NCBI GenBank assembly: GCA_964276515.1
Contig: OZ193909.1
Span: 16,492,001 to 16,556,000, forward strand
DNA from: Gordius albopunctatus
Lineage: Eukaryota
Reading direction: 5' to 3'
Length of the DNA stretch: 64,000 nt
Numbering within the stretch: position 1 is the first letter of the stretch; every line of letters starts with the position of its first letter. Of the stretch, positions 25,796 through 38,952 are shown piece after piece. The notes beneath the pieces were generated by a model. The model was not told where the DNA came from. It saw only the letters and a program-made list of their open reading frames with translations, and did not search any database. A program made the position numbers and the translations under genes.

Positions 25796-28700
25796 CTAAA
25801 CTTTTTCCTCGTGTTCAGTAACTGGAAGATCCAAACTGGAAAAACGGAAAATCAATTCCTAAATTTAATTAAAAAAATAATGTTAAAATTAATCATATAT
25901 AAAAATACTTCTTCACGTTCCATACTAGATACTTTAGGTGTCGATTCTACGGTTAAATTTTCTTTTTCGCCCTGACTTTTTACATTTTTTTCATCAGGAA
26001 TGGAAATTTTTTCTGTTTATACAACAAGTTTTAGCAATTTCAAATATTATTTTATATGAATTTCTGATGAATTAATTTTTACTCAAAGATTTGTTTATAT
26101 ACCTATGTTTTCTTTAGAAAGAATGGCCGTTGATTCAGTGGTACTGTTAAGGATAGGAGCACTTAAAAATTGGCTCGCCCTGCTAATATAACAGTTTGTT
26201 TATAGATAATTTAAAATTTATGAGAAAATAAAACATCGCTAAATAGACATTTGATTTAAAAGATTCTCGTTTCTGATATTTTAATTTATTTGTAATAGCT
26301 ACCAGAGGTCAGATTTGTTTAATCTATTTTCTCGAACCCGGCCCGATCAGATTTTATGACCAAATCGCCTTCCCTGTCCCGCCCGATCCCTTATAAGTGT
26401 CCGTCCAGCCATGCTTGAATCATTAGAGCTGCCCGAATTGCCCGGATAATTTTTCATTTTTAGTAAGAATTTTGTCATATTTTCAAAGAAAAAATTTGAT
26501 TTAATTATCGAATTTTTTGGATAAGAAATACAATCAAATACAAAATGACAAATTACTACACGAAAAAATTATACACTTTACAAAAGAATCTCATTAAGCC
26601 CTAATAGAATCTTGTTATGCTGTAAACATTTAAATTTAAGAGAGTTACTCGACCCGTGGGCCGGACGGGCTATGTCGGGCAGAGTGTTGGACCGGGCTTT
26701 TCTAGTCTCTGATAGCTACCCCACGACATATATATGAATTCAAAAATCATTTTTCTCAATTATTTTTAGGACTATATTTTTAATTAATGTCGAATATATT
26801 AGATTTTCTTCAGATAAATCTCAACTAAATATTTTTTATTTTTTACAATATTGATATATATGAATTTATCTTTAAAGTACTTTCCTGGTTTTGAGCTTTT
26901 TATATTTAACGGTCCCGATGTTTTACTAGGAATAGCTATTGTTTTAATTTGATCCTTGCCCTGGTTACTTACTTCTTCAATAATGGGTGGCAATAAAAAT
27001 TCAGATGCTTTATTCGAAACCCTGAAATATAGAAGTATATATTTTAATTTGCCGATTAGTAGCACAGGCCCAGAAGAAAACAACTAATTATATACATTAA
27101 ACAATTATGTATGTCGTTTTTTATATTAAATTTTTGATGATATGATAAATATTAAATATATATTTTGATATTTATTTCATTATCAAAATTATAGTTTAGG
27201 GATGAAAATTAAAAAAATAACTTAATTGCGTAATATAAACATAAATTAGAAATTATTTACAAGACTTTAGCAGCAGAGCCTTCAAAGGGTGTTTGTGCTA
27301 TGAATTTTTTAGTAGCTTCTGTGTAAGGCAATTGCGGTGTTTCCATATCCCAAAAGGTGTCTTTAACCAGTGTCGGACATTCTTGGTGCATTTCATCGAT
27401 GAGCAGATAGGAAATCTATAATATTCCATTTTATTTTTAAATCTATTACATTTTTTAAAATATTAGCAATTTTAAAATATCATATAGATTGAAATATCAA
27501 AAAAATTATCTTGTAAACATAGACCTTATAATAAATTTAGAAATATTGGATATGATAATATAATTACTTAACAGCGGTTTTTCACAATGAAACTTTTAAC
27601 TGCCAAATATTTGTTTTTTAATCATAGATATTTAACAAATCAAACATTAGAAATGATAATAATTTAACTACAGATTATTTAAATCAAATATGCACCAGAT
27701 GCTTTAAGCATTATTATTGAGTAAAAATTCAACTAACTCGATGTATAATAAAATACTATTAAAAACTAAATATTTGATATATCATCATATATAATAAACT
27801 ATAAGGGGAATTATCAGGAAATTTGAAAATTCCCAGGGGAATTTATTTTGCTCAACAAATCTAGACAGCTCTCAAACCTAGTTTCCCTAAATATAACTGG
27901 CTTTAAATTATTTTAAATTTATAATATCCCTTTACCCTACCCTTTTCAAATTTCGGAAAAAGGTTGACAATTTAGTCATTCAAACCCAAACTTTTCTCGA
28001 TACTAGGAAGGCTTGGGTTAAATATTTTGACGTCAGAGCGCGCCTTTATTATCTTGAAAATTAGAAGATCCATGTTAATAAAAAAGATTTATTATTTACC
28101 ATAATTCATTGAGAAATAATATTTTTGTTGGGCGTTTTGTGGCAGGTCATTTATATGAATATTACTTATTTTAAACCTAAATTTCGTATGCTAAGTGAAT
28201 AAATATTTTATGATTTGATATAATATTTTAGTCGACAGTTAGTGGTCAATTTTTAAATATAGACGATCTTTCGAGGGTAAGATAAAAGAACTCTATAGAT
28301 TTATTTACAAATACGATACGCAATTATGAAGAAGGTAAGATGACGTGGTGTCATTGTTAGAGATTTTGTTAAAGTCTTGCAAAAATTCTTTGAATGAGGT
28401 TGGAAGTCTAAGACCTTCCTTATCTGTATTAAAGGAAAATCCAATGTTTTCCCATATGTATCACTTAACTACCCCTCCTTGCTGAACGAGTTTTCCTATT
28501 TAATCTTCTCTAACAAACTGAATTAAACTTACAAGTTTAATAAACAGACTTACATTTATGTTGCGATCAATGATCCAATTAACAGGGAAATCGTCATCAT
28601 CCTCTCCCATAGGGTTAAGACATACTTCAGCCGCCTGTTTTAAATATAAATCCAGTTAATCCCGCAACTATTTGCTAATATTGCTGTTTTTAGAGAGCTA

Positions 28701-31700
28701 TTAAGTAATATTCTAAATAAGATAATTTTTAACGTTGGATTGTAATATGTTTTAAAATTGGGATTTAGAAGACATTAAGTTGACAAATTAAAAATTGATA
28801 CAAACCTATGCGAATTACGACTATATTGGAACATTATATATAGCTTTAATCTATCAAAAATCTCGAAAATTAAAAAAAATCGGATAAATTTCCTCAACTC
28901 TCTTAAAATTTATATTTGGCCCCAAAACACCTAACCCCATACTAACTAAATTTTGTGAAAACTTTCCTGCATGATCTATAACGGGGTTTTATTCAACAAT
29001 ATACTTTAAGCCATCCTATGTAAAAGGCGAATTGCAGCAAAGTCCTAATAGGAGCACTGTAATCCAAAGGTTGATATTTGACAGATTGTCCCACAATACC
29101 TCCCAATTTCGACGGTTCTTGTAACGCAAATGTTTGTCGACCGAACAGACACAAAACACAAAACGAATATACCGCAACCATAACTACCTTAAATCACAAT
29201 AAATACAATTAATTTCATCGTTTTTATATTTTAATTACAAAAAAGATAAATTAAAGGGCAATCTTTAGCATAAATATACATTTAATTCTTATCTCACAAA
29301 TATTCAAGAGATCTTTAAAATAATTTATAATCTTAAGTAGGGAGAAATATAACTGAAAATTGTTACAATTTTAATAGAAAACGTTTTTGACATAGTACAA
29401 TTGCTGTTACGCGATTACTTGTGTGTAAACCAGTGGAAAACTGATCCAATCTTGACCTAACAGTGCACCCAAACCACCTCGAAAATTCATCAACTCCTAA
29501 TTAAACATCCAAAATGTTGCTAAAAATAATTTATAGAATATTATAGGTACAGTTATTAAATTCAAAAATTCTAGATTGCTAGAATAGCTCGTTACCTATG
29601 TAAGCCTAAAGTATTTTTATAAAAATGGATGAGAAAGCAAGGTATAGAACAGATAAAAAGGAATCAAAAGTATAAAAACCCAAAAATTGCATAGCAATTA
29701 ATAGGGAGTCTTTGCTATGCTAAAGTTAAAAGCATTTTTTAAAAGGTTTATCAGTCAAAAATCACGGAATTTAAAAATAGTTTAAGAAAGATGCATAAAA
29801 ATGATTAAACGAAATGCGCATACTCTGAAGGCGATAAATATTGATCATTTCTGTATTTTATATTAAACAGATAAATAATTTACTGAGAATATTTGAATCT
29901 TCTATCTAAATCGTAAAAAAGTATATACTGAGCATTTTGAGTTTTTTACTGAGCAATTAAAAAAACGTCCTATAATTTTTCTTTAAAATTAAACTACGAC
30001 CGTACCCTGATAATAAGGACTGCACTATATTGATCCCTGATAAATCCTTCCGTTCTAGCCTTACTTACGAGCGTGGAGGACCATATGAGGGGAACCCACC
30101 ACGCATCTCCTGGAGCAAATTTGAGCAAAATTTCTTTCTCATTTTCATTCAAAATTCCTAAAATTACAAAAAATTTAAAAATAATAAATTTAAAAATATA
30201 TTAGTCTAATGTCTACTATTAATTTTGTTGATCTAAAATAACCTTTCATATGATTTTATTTATTTATTACAGAAAGATATATTTTTAACGGCCCTTACCC
30301 CGTTCAAAAATTATACGGACTACCCCTTATTTATAGCATTTAAAGTATTTAATATAAAAAAATCCTTAAAAATTGGTTAGTCTCTATGAATTAAAAAAAA
30401 TATCAAGCTCGTTCCTTGAATAACTCTAAATATTTGCCTATAACCTATCTAAAATAATAATAAAGTTGCCTGTATAATATATTGAAAAAATTGAAATTTA
30501 TACCCTCAAATTAATATTTACTTCTTTAGGTGTGCTAATTTGAAATAAAATTTAAGTGGATATTATTCTCACCTGCAGCAACTAAGTGATCATAAGTTGG
30601 GAATCTTTTTTTAGTGGGAACGGCTAAATTCCTAAACACACTGATGAAAGACAAATTAACGTATCTCATAATGGTCCTCCTCATTAGTCTAGGTCTTTCA
30701 TCACGACCGTGTATATGAGAGGAGATTAGCATGCCTAGTTAGTAAAATAAAATTATATTTTTTAATATATAAAAATTAATCATAAACATGATTATTATTT
30801 ATCTAAATTTTATTAAAACAATATTTTAAAGTTTTTCCCTGGTTAAATGACATTTCAAAATCATGAGCATACACACATGCGTTTCACCCAGAATGAAATT
30901 TATTATAAATTTCGTAAAAATTTTTAGAGCCATCTGCAGTTTTTTAAAAGCTGTAAATCCGTTATTTCTAAATGATTTTAATTTTTAATATTTACAGCCC
31001 GGTTTCTATTTTAAAGAGCTGTAATATTTTCTGAGGTAAAGGGAAACGATTAACTCAACCTAGAACTTAATGCCCTTAAAAGTGACATCTAAATTCAATG
31101 GCGTAGCCATTATTTGAGTAAATTAAGGCAAAAAAATTAGGAATGATTCAGGAAGGAAAAAATCATAAATTTTATAATATCAAGATTATTTCGTTCTATT
31201 TAGGATTTAAATGCCTCCCCCTTAGTCATAATTACATTGACAACTCTTAATAATGAAATTTTTGTCAAACATAAGTGTTCGCTTATACTTTTGTCAAATA
31301 ACAGATTTCAGGAATGCAACAGTTCTAACCATGGTTCTACGATCTACCTTCATACCGCAACTAACCCGCCTTGTGCCATTTTACCTTTTCATTTATCAAT
31401 CTAACATCTAGTTTTTACAAAATGTTCAAAAAATATATCATATCTTCCCGAAATATCAAAGATTACTTCGGTTGTAGAAATATAAAAAAGAGTTATAAAA
31501 TAAATCGTTGACAAAACCTATGGTATCAGGATACGGGATGTTCAAGAAGCATCTCCACCATCTACTCAATACAATATCTGTGTAAAAGCCCAGTATAAAT
31601 GCTAGGGGAACTATTCCTAATAATTTTTCAGCTTTTTCCGATACTTCCATAAAAATCCTATTTTCCCGCAAATGCACAAGGATAAATTTATAGTTCAAAT

Positions 31701-32294
31701 TTTTGTGAATAGAAATTAGGAATAAAATTTCTTACATAGGTTAATGATAATTTATTTAAAATTAATTAAGATATTTTAATCTCTCGCCTTCCATAACCCA
31801 ACTGTTTGGGAAATATATATATTAGGAGGAATAATGTGGAAAGGGCGATATAAAAGAAGGGTGGATTAAATTGTCAAGCAAATAATGTCATTTAAAAAAA
31901 TATATATATATATAAGCTTAGGAAAAAACAAATTTATTTAAATACTGAAAGCACAAAGGGGTGTTAAAAGTTTTGAAGGTTTTTAATCTTTACTCTTAAT
32001 AATGGTATTATAGACTGTATGCTTATAAATATTTATTAAATAAGGTAAATTTCTGACGTTAACCTTTGTTGTTTTGGTGTCAGAAGATTATCAAATATCG
32101 CATAGAGCAATACGTAAAATAGCAGGAACATCAACAAGCTTTTCCATACCAAGGAATACAAACTTCCTTTCCACCTATAAATCGAAATAAATAATTATAA
32201 ATTGCTACAAATTAATTATGCATTACTTCCATAAAACTTTAAAGAAGACCGAAAAAGTGCTAGAAGCAAAATCCGCCGAATATGAGACAGTCAT
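25796..32294 (-). CDS. Bestrophin (Ca2+-activated anion channel), ~13 exons
   Basis: Spliced minus-strand exons give [98 protein letters not shown] (Ca2+ clasp), DEMHQ..LPYT. The C-terminal exons (27.0-25.8 kb) are less certain. Confidence 0.95.
26303..26711. mobile_element. hAT MITE in a bestrophin intron
   Basis: Ends CAGAGGTCAGA / TCTAGTCTCTG, perfect 8-bp TSD ATAGCTAC, GC-rich cccg subterminal repeats. Confidence 0.9.
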
Positions 32295-32569
32295 TACAGT
32301 AAAACAAATTTAATACGGATAAAACCTTTAAAAAAATGATTTGATTATTGATAATCAGTATAATAAACGCAAGGTTTTATATCATTTACAAACAATTACA
32401 ACAATAACGACACTAAAATTAATTGCAATACGTTTATTACTACTATTTCTTGTACTTTGCTATGGTTGCTCAATCTAACTATTACTCTATATATCTTAAT
32501 TAAAAAAATGGATAATGTACCAAATTGGACTTATATAATTAATAATTAATTGTATTTACTAGGGAATTA

Positions 32570-33398
32570 GCGATCCCCCAAATATCTTAATCAAGAGTTT
32601 CGTAATAGTCGTGACTTCTCCATCCTACCATCTTAAGATGCTTCCATTGGTAACAACTTGTCCATAAGCTTTACTTTCTGCACCTTTAGTATCCTTCTTA
32701 AATATTTAAGCTTGGCTTTAATCGTGAAGGAGAATTGCGACTTTTCATCACCCGTATCTTAGCCAATGGGTTCAAAAGTTAATTCGTTTTATGGTTCAAT
32801 ATGCTAGCGATCTCGGTGTAAGCAGTATTGATTGCTATTGAGAACGGCATTCATCGCCTCTTATACTTGATAAACCGTCACTTTTTTGATTTATGCCTCG
32901 TCTCCGTGATTTAGCTTTCTTTGGATGAACACCTAATTGATTAATTTCAACACTATAGATCCCCTTTCAAGACGTTGCGTCCTTTAGTATGTCCTAAAAC
33001 CAATAACGCCGATTCCTTATTTTCGCAATAAGCGTCTCAAATTTCTTGTAAAGGTTCGACTCCAGATTCATGATATCTACTAGTGAGAAGTCTTTCTTAT
33101 AATATGATCGCCCGTCATTGATTTCTTTAGTATTTTCATAATTAACTATTCTTTCTAAAAAACGCCTTCTTTTAAAATATTTAACAAGTGCAAGATTTCC
33201 CGATATTAGAATGAAATACTTAATTATCCATAAATCCTTTGGCCGATAAAAAATCGCCACGTCTTATGCTTGCCTAACTGCAGATTTATATCCCTTTCTT
33301 GTTCTCTATGTTATGATGGCCTCTTATTCCACGTTGCCCTTAAAGACTGCCTTGAAATTCGCTAATTTCACTGTGGTATTTTGCATATCATTTTCCAT
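32570..33398 (-). pseudogene. Degenerate coding-like segment of unknown origin
   Basis: More balanced composition than flanking DNA; an ATG at ~33398 opens a frame interrupted by stops that includes the 88-aa ORF 32994-33260; no motif recognised. Confidence 0.25.
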
Positions 33399-34101
33399 AA
33401 ATTTGGATTAAATAGTTTTTTAGTTTACAGCTTACATACACATCACAGCTAGAAGGACTCCCTGGTAATTTACCTACCTTACCAGTCTCAACAAGTTTTG
33501 GCATCCACTACCTTCACTTTATTAATTTGCATAGCATGATAACAAATCCGTTACTAGAATAGGTGACTTGTATAATAAATTTTTGCATTTGTGCTACCTC
33601 AATGCTCTTTTCCGTCAGCTTATCGATTTTCCATAAGTGCATCCTTTAACTATAACTTGATATTTAACGGTGTTGGTTTCCTTATGGACAAAATGTTATA
33701 AAATTAGGATATTTCCAGATTATGTTATTCAAAATGTAATTTTTTAATAGTTTATTTTTTATTAAACAACTATAAAAATCATATACAAGGTAAACATTCG
33801 AAAATTGCGATAGCGTTGAAATGAAAAATAATGATTCCAACTTTCCCCAAATTACAAAAGAATTTGGGTGGTAAATCTTCATAAAATCGAGTGTTAAATA
33901 AATTAAATTTAGTCATAAAAATGTGTGAACAATTATAAACAAAGCGAATTTTCACATTTAAATAAAACTAGCATTTAGGAATTAGATTGTTTATTTGTTT
34001 CAAAAACATATGATATATTAAGGTTACACCTCAGGCTTATAAAGGTAACAATTAAGCTTTCGTGTGTATATTAAGATAGTTAAAACCAGAAATTTTGAAA
34101 T

Positions 34102-34881
34102 ATGTCGAGTATAACCTTAAATCAAAACGTTGATTCTTCTTTAGACAAGGCCCTAAATAAAGCGAAAGAACTTTTTGATGATATAAAGTACTCTAATCCA
34201 TCTTATGAAACAATTACTAGTCGACCAACAACTATAGATAGACCACTAAAAGATAATGAAGTTGGTGCCAGTTTAAAAAAGAAAAGGGATATATTAGTAG
34301 AACCAGTTCTTTATGGGGATAAGATATACGATTCAACAATCATAGAAAACTTAGATAACACTCTATCAAAGCAAGATATTAATTTAGAGAATAAAAATCA
34401 AACTCATGACAATGATGCAACAATTCTTAAAACAAATAAAAATATGGATATTAATAATCTTGACCTTGAAGAATGCAAGGATATTTTACCCAACCTTAGG
34501 AGCAAGGAAAAGGAACATAAAAATAGTTTACTTGATGTAAATAAATCACAAAGCTATAATTATAGAAATGGAAGTATAAGAAAATCAAATTTATCTGTAA
34601 AAGAAAAGGGTAAGATAAATGAATCAGGTTATCATTGGCCTCTCTCTCCTCTAAGAAGTATATGTTTTGTTATATCACTACTTTTGCCCATTATTGTATC
34701 ATTTTTATTTATATATGCCCTTCCCTGTCCCAAGGATAAAGTTTGTATTCATAATTGTCCTCAAAATTTTTCAATACCACTATCTATTAAAAATACTACA
34801 TCTTCATCTATTAGAGCAAGCACTATTTTGTCAAGTAAAACATACAGCCAAAATGTTACATCTGGATTATATAATTTATAA
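34102..34881 (+). CDS. Single-exon 259-aa type II membrane protein, FAM234/ITFG3-like N-terminus only
   Basis: Long ATG-stop ORF in very AT-rich DNA with a hydrophilic N-terminus, one TM helix PLSPLRSICFVISLLLPIIVSFLFIYALPCP, a short Cys/Ser/Thr tail with NxS/T sites, and AATAAA ~80 nt downstream. The family call rests on the TM+LPCP motif alone. Confidence 0.6.
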   Translation: MSSITLNQNVDSSLDKALNKAKELFDDIKYSNPSYETITSRPTTIDRPLKDNEVGASLKKKRDILVEPVLYGDKIYDSTIIENLDNTLSKQDINLENKNQTHDNDATILKTNKNMDINNLDLEECKDILPNLRSKEKEHKNSLLDVNKSQSYNYRNGSIRKSNLSVKEKGKINESGYHWPLSPLRSICFVISLLLPIIVSFLFIYALPCPKDKVCIHNCPQNFSIPLSIKNTTSSSIRASTILSSKTYSQNVTSGLYNL

Positions 34882-37649
34882 ATTTATCTTGATATGTAAT
34901 ATATTCTCAGTGTAATAATATTTTTAAATATATTTATTTTAAATATGGTCAAAGAGAGAAATAAAAGTTTTTAATAGTTCAATATTATGTACACACTGTG
35001 TTTAACATATTTTATGATCCATGGGTATTTTTTAATCATCAACTTAAAGTTGAGAGGGAATTTTGCAATTAGGTTTTAATTCTTTGCTCTTTATTGCTTC
35101 CACAATTATAATTATATTAAGAAATCCATCTTGATAGTATTGAATATAAAAAATAATATAAATTTTATCACACTAAAAGATGCATATGGTAGTTTAATAA
35201 AAAGGTTTGTCATAATTTATTGCAAATATTATTGTGCCAAAAAATTCCATATAACAAGAGTTCGCGGTGTAAAGGCCATGACACGCATGGTAAGCGATCG
35301 CTCAGGTGATAAGTCAAAAAGGTTGCTACATCTTCCGCAAAAAGTTGTCGTAAAAAAGCTATTTGCACAAGATAAAAAATAGAGTTGGCCCGCTGAAATT
35401 GCGAATGTGTAATGTCAATAAATTGCTGAAACCCTTAGTAAACGAACGGTCGTTATAGCATGAATTTTAGAACCATGATGGAAAGGATCAAAGATAAGAA
35501 TTAGTGTTGTAAAAACGGATAGGTTTTGTTTGCTCGACTAAGTAATAACAAACCAACGATTTTTTCGTCTGTTTTTCCTAGTCGCATAAATATACCAAAA
35601 AAGCTTCGGTATATTTATCTTTAGTTGACTAAAACCAAAGGTCGACCAAACAAGCCCAGCTCTTTTTACAACACTTGTAAGAATGATGAAAGAAGGCCAC
35701 AAACCTCGCGGCAATTATACTAGCTTCACATCTTTAAGATAAATCTAAAGAGGTACAAAAAAAGGATGCCACTCATTGTATGGAAACTTTGCATAGAGGG
35801 CCAAATTACACGATTCTACAAAAATAAACCGGCTAACTGTTTGCAAATTTCGATAGTGTTTTCATGATGAACACAAATATATTTTTTATTTTTCCCTTAT
35901 ACGTCAAGTTTTTTAAATATTAGAACGATAAAAAGTAGATTTATTGACAATAAAAAGTCAGGGGTAAACTACTCACATAATTTACTACAAGTGCTAATGA
36001 GCATGCATACTCGACAGAACTTAACTACAGGCATCAGCCCCGCTAAGGCAATTTTTAAACGCAGAATTCGCCCGACACTAGACCTGCTGAAAAAGATAAG
36101 CGATATGTTTGAAGAATGCCATAGGAAGCAAAGGTATTACAAGAACAGGTGGACTTAGAACGGATACTTTTAACCCGAGCAACAGGTATGGGTACCTAAC
36201 GATACAAGTAGTAGAGTATGGAAGGAAGGGCATATTGACGCACAAACAAGCGCGACAACATAGGTTAAATGTGTTAAAAATGCGTTTTAGCGTTATTTTG
36301 AGGCTTTATTCCCACTTATTTTTTAAATGGCTATAAAATCCTTTAGATTAATTGATTAGTCTACAAGGCTATATAATTATTATGCTTCATTTTTGTAACG
36401 AAATTTATCTATGTTAACCTAAATACCCTCCCTCATCTCTCACTATGTTTAGGAAAGTGGAAAATATTAGAATACATGTACATGGTCAGGAATAAAAAAG
36501 CTTATCCTAGTTGTCGTACCGGGATGATACTGGACGACTCTGAATTTATTATTTTATAACCCCAAGACTCTAGGCCAAATTTTCGAAGACATTTACTTGT
36601 CGTAGTTATAATTCACTCCGTGATGAACAAATACAAATATGTTAAACGCAATAAGGCCAATAATTCAATTCAAAGCGCTTAAAAGGGCAAAATTGTCATC
36701 TAGTTTAGAGCCATTTAACCCCTCCTTGTAGGGACGCAGGGGTCTTTATCAGTCTTTTTACCTATGAAAGAATGGCATACACAGAAATGAGGCTTCGCAT
36801 ATATAGACCTTTTGCCCCTTCCAACAACAACAATATTCTTTATTTGTTGACTAATAACGGAGGTATTTCATCGCATGAATAGGTTGGAAATTATGAGATA
36901 CAACATTATTTTTCTGTGAGGCAGATGGGCCATAATGGAGCTAGCCGTACGTATTACATTGCTTAAATCAGCTTTAAAAATTATTTGGAGAACTACATTG
37001 AAGTGTGAGGGCTCATGCAATGAAAATTTTATTAAGGTGCTATGACTATAGCGGAGGGAGCCGATTGCACTGCATAAATCAATTAGAAAAATATTTGGAG
37101 AAATGACTGTGAGGATACTTATAATTTGATATGGAGATATAATCGAGCTGCTATAAACAGACGAACCTTTTCTCGAATACTCCTGGTTGCGTTGATTGTT
37201 TCATCCAAGACTTTTATTAAGGCCTAATATGCAGAAAACATGCAAGTTATCGGTATATAATGTGTATAGTTTAACCTAATTTTGGGGACGGATAAAGAAG
37301 GTGGCGGATTTGCGAGTCAAGGCGTCCTTGTCACGATGCCGGTATTATCCGATTCGATAAATTAGGCTGGCCTTTGGGCATTATTTAAGCTTTAGCGGAG
37401 TATAAGGACCCTCATATGCTTTGATGCGTCCCACGTTCAGAGGTGCTCAATGTACCTCAAAGGCGACTGACAGAGTGAGGGGGCACGCAAAGGTATATGT
37501 TTTAGCTTGTCGTGGGTACCTCCAGTTTATTGCTGTGGGGTTTGATGCGGGTTGCTTTGCCTATCTGAATGAGATTTTATGAGCTAGCAGCAACAGTTCC
37601 ATATAGTTAGAGAGTAGATCCCGATTGAGGAACTTGGTTCGACGTGTAT

Positions 37650-38178
37650 CTTTTAGTTTTTTTTAAGATTAAAAAGTTATTTGTTAAAAATCCGTTGACA
37701 GTAATATAATATAAATACATAAAATATAAAAGACAAAATGCGTCAAATAAAATAATACACTATTCTAATATATCATCATCTAGGGGATCTTCCAAAATTG
37801 GCCAAGAATCCGCGAAGGATTTAAAATTGTACTTGGCTATAAGAATACCAAGTCGTTGTTTAAGTAAAAAGGATACCGAATGTTTAGACGGGGGAGAACG
37901 TCTTCCTACCTCTTTAAAAAGGCTAAGGCCTGTTTGCCAAAAGTGCCTGAACACGAAGCAACCAATGGAATACAAATGTTTGAGGATAATAGGGCTTTGT
38001 ATTTATTAGTTTTCCGCCCCTCTGCGACAGCTAAAGAATCATTGTTGTAGTTAGAGGGGGCAAATAGGTCAATACACGTGAAGTCCCATTTAAGGTGAAG
38101 ACCATTGCTCCATAGGACTAAAGAAGATCCATCAGGACGCATACGTCCCTCCAAGGAGGGGTCCGATGGCTCCAAGCT
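37650..38178 (-). mobile_element. 5'-truncated CRE-like non-LTR retrotransposon (restriction-like endonuclease C-terminus, 3' UTR and A-rich tail)
   Basis: EP..EGRMRPDG..W.NG..L.WDFTCID.FAPS..AEGRK..KY..L....P....G.FG..A..FL..(frameshift)..FL.QRL.I, the PD-(D/E)xK signature of CRE/NeSL-type elements, followed by an AT-rich UTR and A-run. Confidence 0.8.
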
Positions 38179-38952
38179 GGACGTCTTTTGACGTTGCGAC
38201 CTTTAGGTTGGCTTAGATCCTTTTCAGTTTTCGAAAAAACTGCTTCTTAGCCGGGTGAGACACCTAGGTTCACGAACCCATTTCCTTTAACCAATTTACG
38301 TCTTGAAGGGAGACAAATGCCCATTTACCTCAATTTTTAGGCAAAGGGTTTTTATCTGATCGTCAATTATATGACTACGTCGTGGCTTATTGGATGTCGG
38401 GTTAGTTTGGCTACGTGCAGTGCCAATTTTACCTCTTGTTTGACTCGTTTACGGGTTCGGATGTATGGGTTTGTTACGAGGTCTTTCAATCCTTTGGAAT
38501 ATAGCTTGATGTCTGCCAGGGCTCATTCAACCGTGCGCGGGGAGCTGGTAGTATTTGGATCATAGAAAGCATTGTTTGGGGATCCCGCACGATTACTTCT
38601 CAGATTGAGCTTTGCTCTTGGTTTCCTGCGATGGCAAGTGAATTTTTAAGTACTTAACATGGTTTCGGCTGGCCTACTAGTTTCTTGTTGTCTTTCTGCA
38701 GCTAAATTAGCCGGGTCCTGAAGCGCAACCAGTGTGCGACATCAAAGTTAGATCCTGCAGGTCCGATTATACGTCATCGTAGTCATCGGCTTATAAGAGC
38801 AAGTCCATAATATGTGTGTACTTGGACCTAGGGGAGAAGGAAGCTCCCTTAGGAAAAACGTTGTAATGTAGAAACGTTTTTTACAATTGTACCCCATGAA
38901 CCTCTGGATGGTTTAGGGAAAAAGCAGCCTTTAAGTCGATATTGGGTGAGTA

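Noticed and set aside
32965..32995. KGRNV word shared with the decayed units at 38.2 and 40.5 kb
   Set aside because: Only ~5 residues with no extendable alignment by eye; may be chance
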